Assembly: GCF_035084215.1 (NCBI RefSeq)
Contig: NW_027139666.1
Span: 3,038,001-3,102,000, forward strand
Length of the DNA: 64,000 nucleotides
Direction: 5' to 3'
Source of the DNA: Heptranchias perlo
Lineage: Eukaryota
Of the stretch, positions 39,303 through 53,689 are shown one piece after another (position 1 is the stretch's first letter; every line of letters starts with the position of its first letter). The notes below the pieces were generated by a model. The model saw only the letters and a program-made list of their open reading frames with translations, was not told the DNA's origin and did no database searches. A program made the position numbers and the translations under genes.

Positions 39303-39677
39303 ATGCCTGAGGACAAGAAAGCAGCTCCCAAGAAGGGCGCCAAGAAAACCTTGAATAAAGCACCAGCCAAGGGCGGCAAGAAGCGGAGAAAGTCGAGGAA
39401 GGAGAGTTACTCCATCTACATCTACAAAGTGATGAAGCAGGTTCACCCCGACACCGGCATCTCCTCCAAGGCCATGAGCATCATGAACTCCTTTGTGAAC
39501 GATATTTTCGAGCGCATCGCGGGTGAGGCTTCCCGCCTGGCCCATTACAACAAGCGGGCGACCATCAGCTCTCGGGAGATCCAGACCGCCGTGCGCCTGC
39601 TGCTGCCCGGGGAACTGGCCAAACACGCCGTATCGGAAGGGACGAAGGCGGTGACCAAGTACACCAGCTCCAAGTAA
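39303..39677 (+). CDS. H2B: Histone H2B
   Basis: [11 protein letters not shown]...[26 protein letters not shown]...[10 protein letters not shown]; intronless. Confidence 0.98.
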   Translation: MPEDKKAAPKKGAKKTLNKAPAKGGKKRRKSRKESYSIYIYKVMKQVHPDTGISSKAMSIMNSFVNDIFERIAGEASRLAHYNKRATISSREIQTAVRLLLPGELAKHAVSEGTKAVTKYTSSK

Positions 39678-39711
39678 AACTCCACAATGCACTGAAAAAA
39701 ATGAACACAAA

Positions 39712-39727
39712 GGCTCTTTTAAGAGCC
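39712..39727 (+). other. Histone 3' stem-loop (H2B)
   Basis: GGCTCTTTTAAGAGCC followed by ACCCA. Confidence 0.95.
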
Positions 39728-40641
39728 ACCCACAGTCTCTCTGAAGACGCTGTAACGACCCCTCTGTGTCGAATCATTTTACTGTAGAATGTTTGATACT
39801 AACTGTTTTTCTATAACTCTTGTGCTTTTCTAATTTCTCTTGAAATCTAGTAGATTCTCATCATCACTGCCGGTTATAATCTGTGTGTTGCTTTTTTATT
39901 TAGTCCCAATAACCAAAAACGTGTCACTGATCCTCTCGTTCTCGTTCATATTCCGACCCTTCCCGGCTACTGCCCATTAAGAGCCGTTTTAAGGGGGTGG
40001 ATTAGACTTCAGTCATTTTTTTCTCATTTTCACGTTTGTTTGTTCATTATTCGGGAATATCACTTTCAGAACCGCAATCCTTTGTAAAGCAACAGCCTTG
40101 AAAGAGACTTCACACCGAGTACAGAATAGTCTAAAGGATCTGTTACTGTTCGACTCCTTGCACCAGGAGTCCGGGCTCCGGTTTCGATCGCGATGCAGCT
40201 CCTGCGAACAGGGATCAATCCACAATCTGTCGTTTGTTCCTTTCACAAAGATTGAGCTGGAATCTGTCTCGTTACAAAATGGGTCTTTATTCCCGCCCGA
40301 TTGAACATGAACGGTTAATGAAGCCGGATTTTAACCGGAATGTATAAGGTTCTGGAAGTTGTGACGGGAAATGTGGAACAACAGAGTAAAAGGAGAGAGA
40401 TATTTAAATTTTTGTCTTTCGCGACATTATTTACTAAATCCGATTCTTGTATTACAGAAATATTGGCGGGCTTTTCAAATTTCAAAAAAACGGTTCAGTT
40501 CGGTATTTTCCGTCCTTTTCTCATTCGGCTATTGATTGTTGAATAAACAGCTCTCTGATTGGGCTGTTCGTTGAACCAATGAGATTGAGAACAGATGGAC
40601 CAATCACAAGTGCCCCCACTGCACTCCTCCAGAAGGTATAA

Positions 40642-41091
<450 letters not shown>

Positions 41092-41121
41092 AGCGGCCAA
41101 GATTTAACCTGATAACCCAAA

Positions 41122-41137
41122 GGCTCTTTTCAGAGCC
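41122..41137 (+). other. Histone 3' stem-loop (H2A)
   Basis: GGCTCTTTTCAGAGCC-ACCCA; downstream element GAAAGGGCTG. Confidence 0.95.
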
Positions 41138-41263
41138 ACCCACGGTATCTATGAAAGGGCTGGTCACTGTCTGTGGGATCAGGAATTAACTTCAAAAGGA
41201 CTTGATTCCGATTCGAGAAACGAACAATAACTTGTTATGCACAAATCATCCATATCGGTCTGT

Positions 41264-41296
41264 TGCAGTACTCGCTTCCGGACCGCAGATGTCGCC
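41264..41296 (+). promoter_or_regulatory. CTCF-like bipartite site between convergent H2A and H3
   Basis: TGCAGTACT-CGCTTCC-GGACCGCAGATGTCGCC. Confidence 0.5.
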
Positions 41297-41688
41297 AACC
41301 TCCAATCGATTATAATTTGCAGTTTGTCTGGTGAATGAGACAAAATACCAGAACCGTTAGAATTGCCAACTGGGCGGGTGGGATACAGAAATACCAGGGA
41401 CGCTTAATATTATTTACCGTCCCATCCTCGGACAACACTGGCTCAGTCTGTGTTATTTTACCCAGATTTGTACAACGGATGCTGACTGATGTACTGTTAT
41501 TGTATCAGCGATTACTGAATTAAGAATGTGAGTGAAATTTGTGTTTGGATGTGAGTGAGGTATTTATTCTGTCCCTGTCCGTCTGATATCTGCTCCCTCC
41601 CCTTTATACGTTTCCCATTTAAGCAAATTTCTCACGACCCTGCCATTTCAACCCAGTAGATCACAGCTCTTTCCATCGCCGATTTGGT

Positions 41689-41704
41689 GGCTCTGAAAAG
41701 AACC
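41689..41704 (-). other. Histone 3' stem-loop (H3)
   Basis: GGTTCTTTTCAGAGCC-ACCAA; downstream element GAAAGAGCTGT. Confidence 0.93.
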
Positions 41705-41737
41705 TTTGTTGAACTTGGTGCTGAAGCCGGGTCAGAT

Positions 41738-42382
<645 letters not shown>

Positions 42383-43009
42383 TTAATCTTCAATTTCAAA
42401 AAGCCCGCCAATTTCAGAGCATCAAATAACAGTTTCAAGAAAATTTCATTTCCCTCCAGCAATTTAAGAAACTCTCTCTTTATAATCTTCGTTATTTCCT
42501 TCTCCTCATTTCAAATCTCAGGCTGTTTCACATTCCGGTTCATTCTCTGATCTGTCTGTAAACGGGCGGGAATAAATCCCCGGTCATTGCTTTCCGTAAC
42601 GGGAATTGCTTTCCAGCTTCAATTTCAAAAATCCCACCAGTTCCGGCCCGGTGAACCGCGCCTCAAACAGAAACTTCACATCGAACTGATAATTGAATGA
42701 GGGCAGGAAATAAAGACCGAGCAGAGAGGACACAGCGGGAGAGGGAGTGAGGAGGGATTTTACTCTGAGCGGAGAAGGTAATGTCTGGGGAAAGACTCTG
42801 TATCACCGCCTGTTCATTTATACCGTGAAACCGGGAATTCCGCTCCTTCTCTCGGGATGGCCGAGAACCCCGGCTCTTGTTTCTGATCTCCCTGTACCGA
42901 GTGTTGGGGAATCTCCCCATACTAATTAAATATCGGAAAATGATTCCCCATCCCGACATCTTTCCTCTCCCCGTTCCCAGGTCACTGCTCTCTCTGTGAG
43001 GCGGTGGGT

Positions 43010-43025
43010 GGCTCTTAGAAGAGCC
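43010..43025 (-). other. Histone 3' stem-loop (H4)
   Basis: GGCTCTTCTAAGAGCC-ACCCA; downstream element GAGAGAGCAG. Confidence 0.93.
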
Positions 43026-43060
43026 TTTGTTTTGTGTCCGGTTAGAAAGGGTCGAGTTGT

Positions 43061-43381
<321 letters not shown>

Positions 43382-43477
43382 TCAGTCAAATCGCTGCTGA
43401 ATGAACAGCAAACTGATGTTGGTTACGTTTTTATGCAGCCTGCCCTGACCTGACTGAAACAGACACAGGGTGAGAGA

Positions 43478-43690
43478 GGGAGGGGAGGAGACAGAGATAA
43501 ATATTAAACAGGGAGGGGAGGAGACAGAGTGAGATATTAAACAGGGAGGGGAGGAGACAGAGTGAGATATTAAACAGGGAGGGGAGGAGACAGAGTGAGA
43601 TATTAAACAGGGAGGGGAGGAGACAGAGTGAGATATTAAACAGGGAGGGGAGGAGACAGAGTGTGATATTAAACAGGGAGGGGCGAGAGA
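43478..43690. repeat. 33-bp tandem repeat, about 6 copies, in the H4 promoter (GGAGGGGAGGAGACAGAGTGAGATATTAAACAG)
   Basis: Near-perfect copies. Confidence 0.95.
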
Positions 43691-44347
43691 GTCAGAGAGA
43701 CGGACAGAGCGGAGAGCGGCCTCTGATCTTCCAGCTCCACCTCCAGCTTTCTCCACCCGCCAATTTCAAACCGTTTATCGATAATAGAACCGAAACACCG
43801 CGCTCCGCACAAACCCTTACAGACTCGGGCTTCATAGAATCCCGGAGCTTTTCAATAAGCCCCGTTACAATCAATAGTCAGTAATATTCCTGCCTAAATA
43901 CAGTCCCTTCTATAACAAGTCAACCCGCCTCCTTCCATTTCAGTCCCAGACCCGATTCTATCTCCCCGCACATTCCCTCCCAGACGGGTTCAGCAGTTTA
44001 TAAACACTTTATTCCAGCTGATTTGAAGAATCTCATGTGTTGGGGTTTGAATTGTGATAGCTGCCGATCTCCGCCAGTTTTACCCTGTTAAGGACTGTCG
44101 CCCTGAATCTGTGAGAAAAAATGAACTGGGACTGGAGCCGAACACACGCCAGTTCCAGTGAGGCCCGGCCCGGAAATCCCATTCTCTCTATTTTATTAGA
44201 CATTGGGGGTCGGGCGGGGATAGCGAATGTCAGCGAGTCATCAGGACCCTGGGTTTATTTGAAATGATTTCTATCTGAAATCTGAGCCCGGCCCCGGGAC
44301 AGGAATCATCTGATTCCGGGATCAGCTCTTTTCTGAGAGAAGTGGGT

Positions 44348-44363
44348 GGCTCTGAGAAGAGCC
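44348..44363 (-). other. Histone 3' stem-loop (H1)
   Basis: GGCTCTTCTCAGAGCC-ACCCA; downstream element AAAAGAGCTG. Confidence 0.93.
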
Positions 44364-44399
44364 GTTGTGTTCAGATGGTCGCAAGTTGCACTTGATTTT

Positions 44400-45026
44400 T
44401 TACTTCTTTTTGCCCGCTGCTTTCTTAGGCTTTGCTGACTTCGGCTTGGGCTTGGCCCTCGGTTTTTCCACCTTCTTCGCCTTCACCGGCTTGGGGGTCT
44501 TGGGCTTCTTAGCCGCCGCTTTCTTCTTAATTGGTGATTTCGCCGCCTTTTTCGTGGTCGATTTCTTGACCGCTGGTTTCTTGACCGCTGGTTTCTTGGC
44601 CGTTAATTTCTTGACGGCTGTTTTTTTGGCCGCTGGTTTCTTTCCGGGAGATTTCTTGGTCACTTGTTTCTTCACCTTCTTTCCCACTTTTGCCTGGGTT
44701 TCCTTCTGAGCGACTCTGAAGGAGCCCGAGGCGCCCGTGCCTTTGATCTGCACCAGGGAGCCTTTTTCCACATTTCTCTTGATACTTAATTTAATCTGGG
44801 ACCGGTGCTTCTCCACATCCAGGCCTTTGGCAGCCAGAACCTTCTTTATCGCGGCCAGGGATATCCCCTTGCGATCCTTGCAATCCCCCACAATCTTGAG
44901 GATCTGTTCGCCCAACGGGGGACCGGTGGTCTTGGGTCGGGGAACCGCCTTCTTCTTCTTCGGAGCCTTGGGTGGAGCGGCGGCGGCGGCAGGAGGAGCC
45001 GTTTCGGCGGCTGCAGTGTCTGTCAT
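44400..45026 (-). CDS. H1: Linker histone H1, 208 aa
   Basis: MTDTAAAETAPPAAAAAPPKAPKKKK; globular domain with GISLAAIKK and GSLVQIKGTGASGSFRV; Lys/Ala/Pro-rich tail. Confidence 0.96.
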   Translation of the reverse strand: MTDTAAAETAPPAAAAAPPKAPKKKKAVPRPKTTGPPLGEQILKIVGDCKDRKGISLAAIKKVLAAKGLDVEKHRSQIKLSIKRNVEKGSLVQIKGTGASGSFRVAQKETQAKVGKKVKKQVTKKSPGKKPAAKKTAVKKLTAKKPAVKKPAVKKSTTKKAAKSPIKKKAAAKKPKTPKPVKAKKVEKPRAKPKPKSAKPKKAAGKKK

Positions 45027-45094
45027 GTCCGGGACTCTGTCGAAAATCTCTCTGACAGTCAGAGCTGGGTCAGAAATGAAACGAGAGGCGGCGG

Positions 45095-45180
45095 CACAGA
45101 GCAACTTAAAGGCACAGAGCGGACGGGGCGGAGACATCCTGCTGTCAGCTCCCGGCCCCTCCAGCCTCTCTGTGTTTCTC
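45095..45180 (-). promoter_or_regulatory. H1 promoter: AC box AAACACA (45171-45177), GC box, TTTAA
   Basis: Motifs read directly. Confidence 0.7.
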
Positions 45181-47259
45181 TCTCCTCTGAAACTCCCCGA
45201 TTCCAATTCAAATCGGGCACTCCAGAGTCCCAGACTCGCCCCTTCCTATATCTCACACCGGTATGTTTGCTGTCGAAAAACTTTCACCGGAATTAAAAGC
45301 ACCAGTTTCGATTTAAACCCGTTTCATTGCTGCACTGATCGCGCTCTCTCACCCGATCGCTGACATGATCTCCGTTTTTCACCTGAAATCTTGAATTGAT
45401 CTGAAACTTGACCTTAAATTTCCACTTCGGAGCTCGGCAGGGGAGGAGGGCGATCCTTTGACAGGGATTTTTTAAAATTTTACTCAAAAGGGACTCGGAA
45501 ATCTGGCGATGAGTCCGGCCACACAAGCACAGTGACATTAATCTAACCCATCCGCCCCTTTAACACACTCTCTCTGACACAATGTTCACATCTTCACATT
45601 CACAGGACAAACTGTTCGCCAGATTGACAATTCCCGTGACAGGCTTTCCTCACCGCTCGGCCTGTGCTGCAGATTCTCGGAGGTGAGTTGTCGTTTCCCA
45701 GCTCAGTAACTGTTAAACACTCCGAGCCCGGCGCTCCTCACAGTGTCTGGTCCCCAGATTCAGGGGAAGCAGCCAATCACAGCTGTGGATGTGATTATCC
45801 ATATCTGGTTTTACATGATTATATTATTCACACTCAGCAATATGTTTGGTTGAGACGATAATACAAATTCTCCTCTCTGGGCTCCTCCAGTCTCTCTGTC
45901 TTTCTCTCCCTCCTCCTAAACTGACTGACAGACAACAGTAACTGGTGTCCTATCCGTCCCATTCTCAACACCCAGAGACGGCCAGTTGCTGAATAAATTC
46001 AACATTCATAGGCAGTCCAGTGTCAGGCCGTTACAGGCTGTTTCTCCCCACCTTTCCTTATTGGACTGGAGACTGATAAATGCACCGTCAGACCGGCTCA
46101 TACATAATAGAAGGGACAGTGACCGTCTCACCAACAGCACCGGAGGTCTGTTCACAGACACAGAATTAGTCTTTACCTTCCAACAGGGTGTTCATATTAC
46201 GCTCAATAACACTATCCCGCTTTCATGTACAGCGCTGGAGGGAGAGAAATACAGACGGACAGATAAAGAGACAGACAGAGACAGGCACACAGACAAAGTA
46301 TCATTCTCACACTTCCTCTCAGTGTGTCCGTTTCACACTCAGCAAACAGTATCGCACCTTCGTGTACAGCGCTAGAGAGATACAGACAGGCAGAGTATCA
46401 GCCATACGCTTCCCATCAGTCTCTCTGTATCACGCTCAGCAGCAGTATTCCACCTTCATATGTTGTACATAAGAGAGAGAGAAACTGACCTGCAATGTCC
46501 CGTTTTCACCCAGTAACAAATTGGAAAATTCTCCATTCCAATTGCCATTCCAAGCTGGAGTGACGGAAGATGCAGTCTCATCTCTCACTGATATTATTTC
46601 AGAGACAGACACATTATTAATCCCACTCTCAGGGACAGTGTCACGCATTTAACCCTCTCTTGCATGTTGTACCCTCTGCAATTTTGCAGCTCAGGGCCCT
46701 TCTGTATTTCTCTCAGTGACCGAGAGTTTCACTCCGATTGAAATAAACTGGGACTGTAGCCGTCAAATATTAATCCTACACGATCCCAGTCTCCAGTCCA
46801 ATAAGGAAAGGTGGGGAGAAACAGCCTGTAACGGCCTGACACCGACTCCCACTTTCCTCCCATGTTTCTCCAGGATTGGTTCGAGGAATCCGGACTCCAG
46901 ATACGGAGTCACAAGTTTCTTTGTCAGTAAAGGGACCAAGAATGAACAGAACCAATTGGCTCATTTCACAGCCGCCCACTTTATCTCTGAAAGACTCTTT
47001 TCCATCAAAAGATACCGAGAGAAACAGCAGGGATGGAAACATCGAGTTTAATAGTGAGAGATTGTAAAGTCAGTCTGGATTCCAGCGTTAGGCACTGGTG
47101 GAATCCCATCTGTTTCCCATTCTGGTGCCAGTTCCTGCACTGCCTGTGGACCCCATTCCCTCTGACCTTTCCCCCAGACCCACTTCCTTTGCTCAGACTC
47201 TGAAAAATTCCAATTGGGGAAAGTTTCCATCGATTTTTGTATTGAGAATTAAACCAGAT

Positions 47260-47650
47260 TTCTGCGCATGCGCGACTCAGCCCCGCCCCCAGCGCTGGTT
47301 GTTGGTGAGCGGAAGAGCGCATGCGCGATCCCCTCCCCCAGCTCGGCCTGTGGGCGCCATTCCCTCAGTGAGCGGAAGAAGATGGTTTGAAACAGCAGGG
47401 AATGGAGAGATCACGGCCCCCGGGGGAAGGGAGCAAAGAGCAGCCTCGTTACAGCAGCTCATCGCATCGGGACCGTGTCCGCAGATGGGCTCAGAGATCG
47501 GCATTGAGTCCGGGGGAAGGTCAGGGGGAGTCCGGGGGCTGTTTGTAAGAGGCGGAGTGGATCAGGAACTGGTCCCGGAACATGGGGTGAGCGGGGAAAG
47601 GGAGAGGTCATTCTCGGGCTGTGTGTGCACAGGGTGTGTCCAGGGGAAGG
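47260..47650 (+). promoter_or_regulatory. CpG/NRF1/ETS promoter-like module, copy 3
   Basis: Direct paralog of 27210-27600. Confidence 0.5.
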
Positions 47651-49109
47651 GAGACAGAATGGGAAGAACCTGATATTTAAAATCATTGCTGCTTTCTCTC
47701 CCCAAACCAGTAGTGAATGTTCCTGGTTTAGTTCCAGTCTCACCCTGTTTATTGTTATTGGACAGTGAAGAGTGGAAACAGAGCCGGACAGGAAGGATGT
47801 GGGGAGTTATACAAAGATCATCTATTGCAGGGATCAGGTGAGAAGTGTGAAGGGCACATTTTAAACAGCGGCTGTTTGATTTCGGTTGAACGGTTAGTCC
47901 CATGGGAGAGGGGATTAGAAACCTGACGTGTGCAAAGGTCCCCGCCCCATCGGGTCGTCCCATTCATGGATCAGTGCAGGGGTTGGGTTGTGTCTGGATG
48001 TCACTAAATCGTTGTAAAATTGCCCAACACACCTGGTGTGCAGAAGCTGAGTGCTGCAGTACTGCAGTGGAGTCAGACACTGACACTGTTTGTATCATTC
48101 TCATTTGTGGATATTCAAAATAATCATTGATATGGATATTAATTCGAACACTTTTGTATTTTCTCCCTCACTGGTTCTTGAGTTACAAGAGATAATTTTC
48201 TTCCTGCAGGCAAATCCTTGATGGATCCAGAATCAGTGTTATGTTTCCTCCACTTGAGGCACAAGGAACAGTGCAGCCAACTCCTTCTCCCATACAGTGA
48301 GTACATTATCACACACAGCGCACAGAGACACGGAGAGGTCATCAGTTCCACAGTCTCAGACAGTAGAAGTCGTCATTCCCACACTGATCCCAAGATCCAG
48401 AGACACATTTTCAATCCAACAGTCAAACAGAGCAGGTGAGGCAGACACTGTTCCATTTCCCCCGAGCTGAGTCCCGCTGACAGGTAGATACAAAAATCCC
48501 AGTCCAAGATCACACTATCAATCTCACAACAGGGCAACATTAGCTACGAATTAAATACCAGATCGAAATCACACATGGTACCCGATTTAAAGGTGCAGAA
48601 TGAATCCCAATAATGTACCCTGAGATTCCAATTGATTACTCGCCCAGAACTCTCACACACATGTGAGTTGATACACTATGCGAATGGATATTGCATGTAT
48701 CATGTGATACAAATTGCATACGAGTACAAAACTCATGTACAGTATCAGATTAAAAATGCTGTGAGAGTGTAATCTGAGAAACAAATTAGATATCAGTTTA
48801 TAATGGACTCATATTGTGAGATGTAAAGATACAGTATCAATTCTATTAGTACAGACTGAGCTATACATTATACGCCATTTGAAAAGTGTCACCATATCAA
48901 TTTGAAAGATACATTATCTTTCACAATAGTACTCACAGAGATACAGATTTAATAGTAGTTCAAAAAGCACACAAATTATCTGATTAAAACCTACAGTGTC
49001 AAATCCTAAAGTGTATCCACATTTACCAATTAAATAATGAGAAATATGATCGAAACATGAAGATATTAAAGCTAACATTTTTTATGCCATAATGCAATCT
49101 GAGAGAATA

Positions 49110-51625
49110 ATTACATACAGATACAGAATGAATCTCACACTCAGATATAGTACCAGAGACTGACAGATGCAGAAGGAATCCCAAACTCACATACAATAAT
49201 AGAGACTGACAGACACAGAGCAAATCCTACACTCAAATATGGTACCAGAGATGACAGATATCGAATGAATCCCACACTGGCATACAGTACCAAGGGCTGA
49301 TAGATATCTAGTTAATTACTCACTCTCATAAAGTACTAGAGACTGACAGAAAGATAATGACTCCCACATTCACACAGTACCAGAGCCTGAGAGATACAGA
49401 ATGAATCACATACTCACACACAGTACCAGAGACTGACAGATAGAGAATGCATCCCACACCAACATGCAGTCTGAGAGGCTGCATATCCAGAAAGAATTCA
49501 ACACCCGCATACAAGACTGGAGACTGAAAGACACAGAATAAATCCCACACTCACAGTATCAGAGACTGCATATATAGATTAAATCGCAAACTCACACACA
49601 CTACTGACAAGATACAGAATGAATCCCACACTGACAAACTGTTCCAGATACTGAGAGATACAAAATGAATCACACATTAGTGCAGGCTGAGTAACATTAT
49701 TTACCATTCCAAGAAGTATCAGATTGAAAGATACAGTATCAATTCCATTAGTGCAGACTGATCTACACATTGTATACCACTACAAAAACTGATGCAGATT
49801 CAGACTGAAATATACAGTATTCCATTCATGCAGACTGAGCTACACATCATATACAAGTTCAAAAATGTCACCATATCAGTTTGGAAGATAAACTAATTCA
49901 CAATTGTGTTCCCATCGATACAGATTTAATAGTAGTCCAAAAAGTGCCCACATTCTCTGACTATATTCTAAAGCATTTCATTATCAACCAATTAAACACT
50001 GGGAAAAATATGCATTCATTGAGGTATTAAAGATAAAGTTTTGAACACCATACTGTAAACGGAGATACAAATTACATACAGATAAGGAATGAATCTCACA
50101 CTCAGATAGAGGGCCAGAGAGTGACACACAGAATGAAACCAGCACTCACACAATGTAACAGTGACTGACAGATACCGAATGAATCCGACACTCACACACA
50201 GTACAAGGGACTGACAGATATAGAATGAATCACACACACCCACAGTACCAGAGCCTGACAGATACAGAATGAATCCCACACGCACAGACAGTACTAGGGA
50301 CTGACAGATACAGAATGAACTCCACACTCACAGACAGTACGAGGGACTGACAGATATAGAATGAATTCCACACTCACAGACAGTGCTAGGGACTGACAGA
50401 TACAGAATGAATCTCACAGTCACACACATTAATGCAGTCTGAGTTACACATTACACATCAGTCCAAAAATCTCATAGTGTCAGATTGAAAGATACAGTAT
50501 CAATTCCATTAGTGCAGACTGATCTACATATTATAAAGCACTACAAAAAACTGATAAAGATTCAGACTGAAATATACAGTATACCTTTCAAGCAGACTGA
50601 GCTACACATCATATACAAGTTCAAAAATGTCACCATATCATTTTGGAAGATAAACTAATTCACAATTTTTTTCCCATCGATACAGATTTAATAGAAGTCC
50701 AAAAAGTGCCCACATTCTCTGATTATAACCGAAAACATTATATTTTAAAATGTATCATTATCTACCAATTAAACACTGGGAAAAATTATTGATACATTGA
50801 GGTATTAATGAGAGAGTTTTGAACACCATACTGTAAACAGAGACACAAATTACATACAGATAAAGAATGAATCTCACACTCAGATAGAGGGCCAGAGACT
50901 GACATGCAAATTGAAAACAGCACTCAAAAATGTAACAGTGACTGACAGATACAGAATGAATCCTACACTCACACACATTACAAGGGACTGACAGATACAG
51001 AATGAATCCTGCACTCACACACATTACAAGGGACTGACAGATACAGAATGAATCCCACACTCACACACATTACAAGGGACTGACAGACTTAGAATGAATC
51101 ACACACTCCCACGGTACCAGAGACTGACAGATACAGAATGAATCCTAAACTCACACACTGTAGCACAGACTGACAGAGACAAAATTTATATCACTCACAA
51201 ACAGTACCAGAAATTGATAGATGCAGAATGAAAGTCTCCCTCACATATAGCACCTGACACTGACGAAAACAGAATGAAACGCACATTCACACAAAATACC
51301 AGGGACTAACAGATATTGAATGAATCCCATACTCACACACAGTACCAGATACTGACAGATACAGAGTTAATTCCACACTTATACACAGTACCTGAGACTG
51401 GCAGATACAGAATTAATCCCACTCTCATATACAGTCCCACAGACTTGCAGATACAGAATGATCCCAAACTCATATGTAGTGCCCGAGACTGAGAGATACA
51501 GAATTAACACCATGCTCACACTCAGTACCAGATACTGGCAGATACAGAATGAATCCCACACTCACACAGTATCAGATATTGACAGATGCAGAGTAAACCC
51601 CGCTCTCACACACAGTACTGGAGAC
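49110..51625. repeat. 46-bp and 82-bp satellite mosaic with an internal ~780-bp duplication (about 49720-50300 vs 50480-51060)
   Basis: Duplicated block cagattgaaagatacagtatcaattccattagtgcagactgatctaca...aaagtgcccacattctctga. Confidence 0.8.
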
Positions 51626-52139
51626 TGACTTCTGCTGGACGTAAGCGAGAACTGTAAAAGAACGGAACAAATTCACATTTTATGTCGTGGTTGCAGAAAT
51701 CGGACAATGTGCAACGTGAGGAAAGGTTCTGTCTGTAACTTCTACTCCCGTATTTTTGCTCGTTTTGTTATTGAAAAATGATGACAATTGTTTTATAATA
51801 AAGTTTTTGTTTCACTCATTCGATAGTTGTGAATTTGCCCCATTATATTTCACTGTACATTGCACAGTATTTCTCTCTGATTTCTCAGGACACGATTTGC
51901 ATTGCTCCTTTACCCCATTTAGACACTTATTTTCCAAGCAGTATGTGGCCTCCTTATTTCTCCTGGCAAAATGCACCAGCTCACACCTTTCTATATTGAA
52001 ATTCAATGGCCATTTACACGGCCGTTCTGCAAGCTTATTTTGTCGTAGTCTTCCTCAGTATTGACTACACCCCCTAAATTAATTACTATCATTTAATACA
52101 GCATTACAACCAATGTTTTATCGAAAAAATGTTCTCCAT

Positions 52140-52350
52140 TCCCAGTTTTTCTAAATCCCACCCGTACAATATAATGTGAAGAATGAGTTTATCTTCTGTC
52201 CCTCTCTCATCTGTAAACTTCAATGACCCGGGGTTTGAGGACATCTACTGGCCGGAAGCAGAACTGCAACAGTTCGGAACAAATTGCTGAAACCGGACAA
52301 TGTGCATTGTGAGCGTGTTTGTGATTGGTGGCAGGTATTAAATCTGATTT
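52140..52350 (+). repeat. Orphan H2B distal promoter segment with CTCF-like site
   Basis: Matches 62295-62510. Confidence 0.8.
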
Positions 52351-53689
52351 TTTAAAACCTGACCATTAACCTTTAGTGTTTGTTATTGAAGAGTAAACAG
52401 AGCCGGACAGTAAGGATGTGGGGAGTTATACAAAGAGTATCTATTGCAGGCATCAGGTGAGAAGTTTGAAGGACACATTTTAAACAGTGGCTGTTTTGTT
52501 TCGGTTGAACGGTTAGTCCCATGGAAGAGGGGATTAGAAATCTGATATGTGCAAAGCTCCCCGCCCCATCGGGTAGTCCCATTCATGGATCAGTCCAGGG
52601 TTTGGGTTTTGTCTGAATGCCACTAAACTGTTGTAAAACAGCCCAACACACCTGGTATGCAGAAGCTGAGTGCTGCAGTACTGCAGTGGAGTCAGACACT
52701 GACACTGTTTGTATCGCTGATTTTCATTTGTGGATATTCAATATTATTATTAACAGATATTAATCTGATCACTTCTGCATTTTCTACCTCACCTGTTCTT
52801 GATTTACAAGAGATACGTTTCTTTCTACAGGCAAATACTTGAAGGAGCTAGAATGACTGTGAAATTTCCTCCACCCGAGGCAAAGGAACAGTGCAGCCAG
52901 CTCCTTCTCACACACAGTAGGTATATTCTCACTCTCAGAGCACAGAGACACAGACAGGTCATCAGTTCCACAGTCTGAGACAGCAGAAGTAGTCAGTCCC
53001 ACACTGATCCCAAGTTCCAGAGTCACATTTTCAATCCAACAGTCAAACAGAGGAGGTGAGGCAGACACTGTTCCATTTCTCCCGAACTCAGTCCCGCTGA
53101 CAGGTGGATTCAAAAATCCCAGCCCAAAATCACACTATCAGATTGTCAATTTCACAAAAGGGCAAAATTAGCCATGAATTAAATACCAGATATCCCGAGA
53201 TTCAAATTGAATACTAGCCCAGAACTCTCTAACACACGTGAGTTTAATACATGCAGTATCCATTCGAATAGTGTATCATTCAAATACAAAATGAAGGCCG
53301 AAACTCATGTACAATATCAGATTGAGAATTGCTGTGACAGTGTAACCTGAGAAACAAATTAGATACCAGTTTATAATACACTCATAGTATGAGATTTAAA
53401 GATACAGTATCAATTCTATTAGCACAGACTGAGATACACATTATTTACCAATTCAGAAATGTCACCATATCAATTTGAAAGATAAATTATCATTCACAAT
53501 ATTACTCACAGATTTACAGATTTAATAGTAGTCCAAAAAGCACACAAATTATCTGATTAAAGCCTCCAGCTTCAAATACGAAAGTGTATCCATATTTACC
53601 AATTAAATAATGAGAAAAGCTATTCAAACATTAACATATTAAAGCTACAGTATTGAACATCATAATGTAATCTGAGAGAATAATTATGG

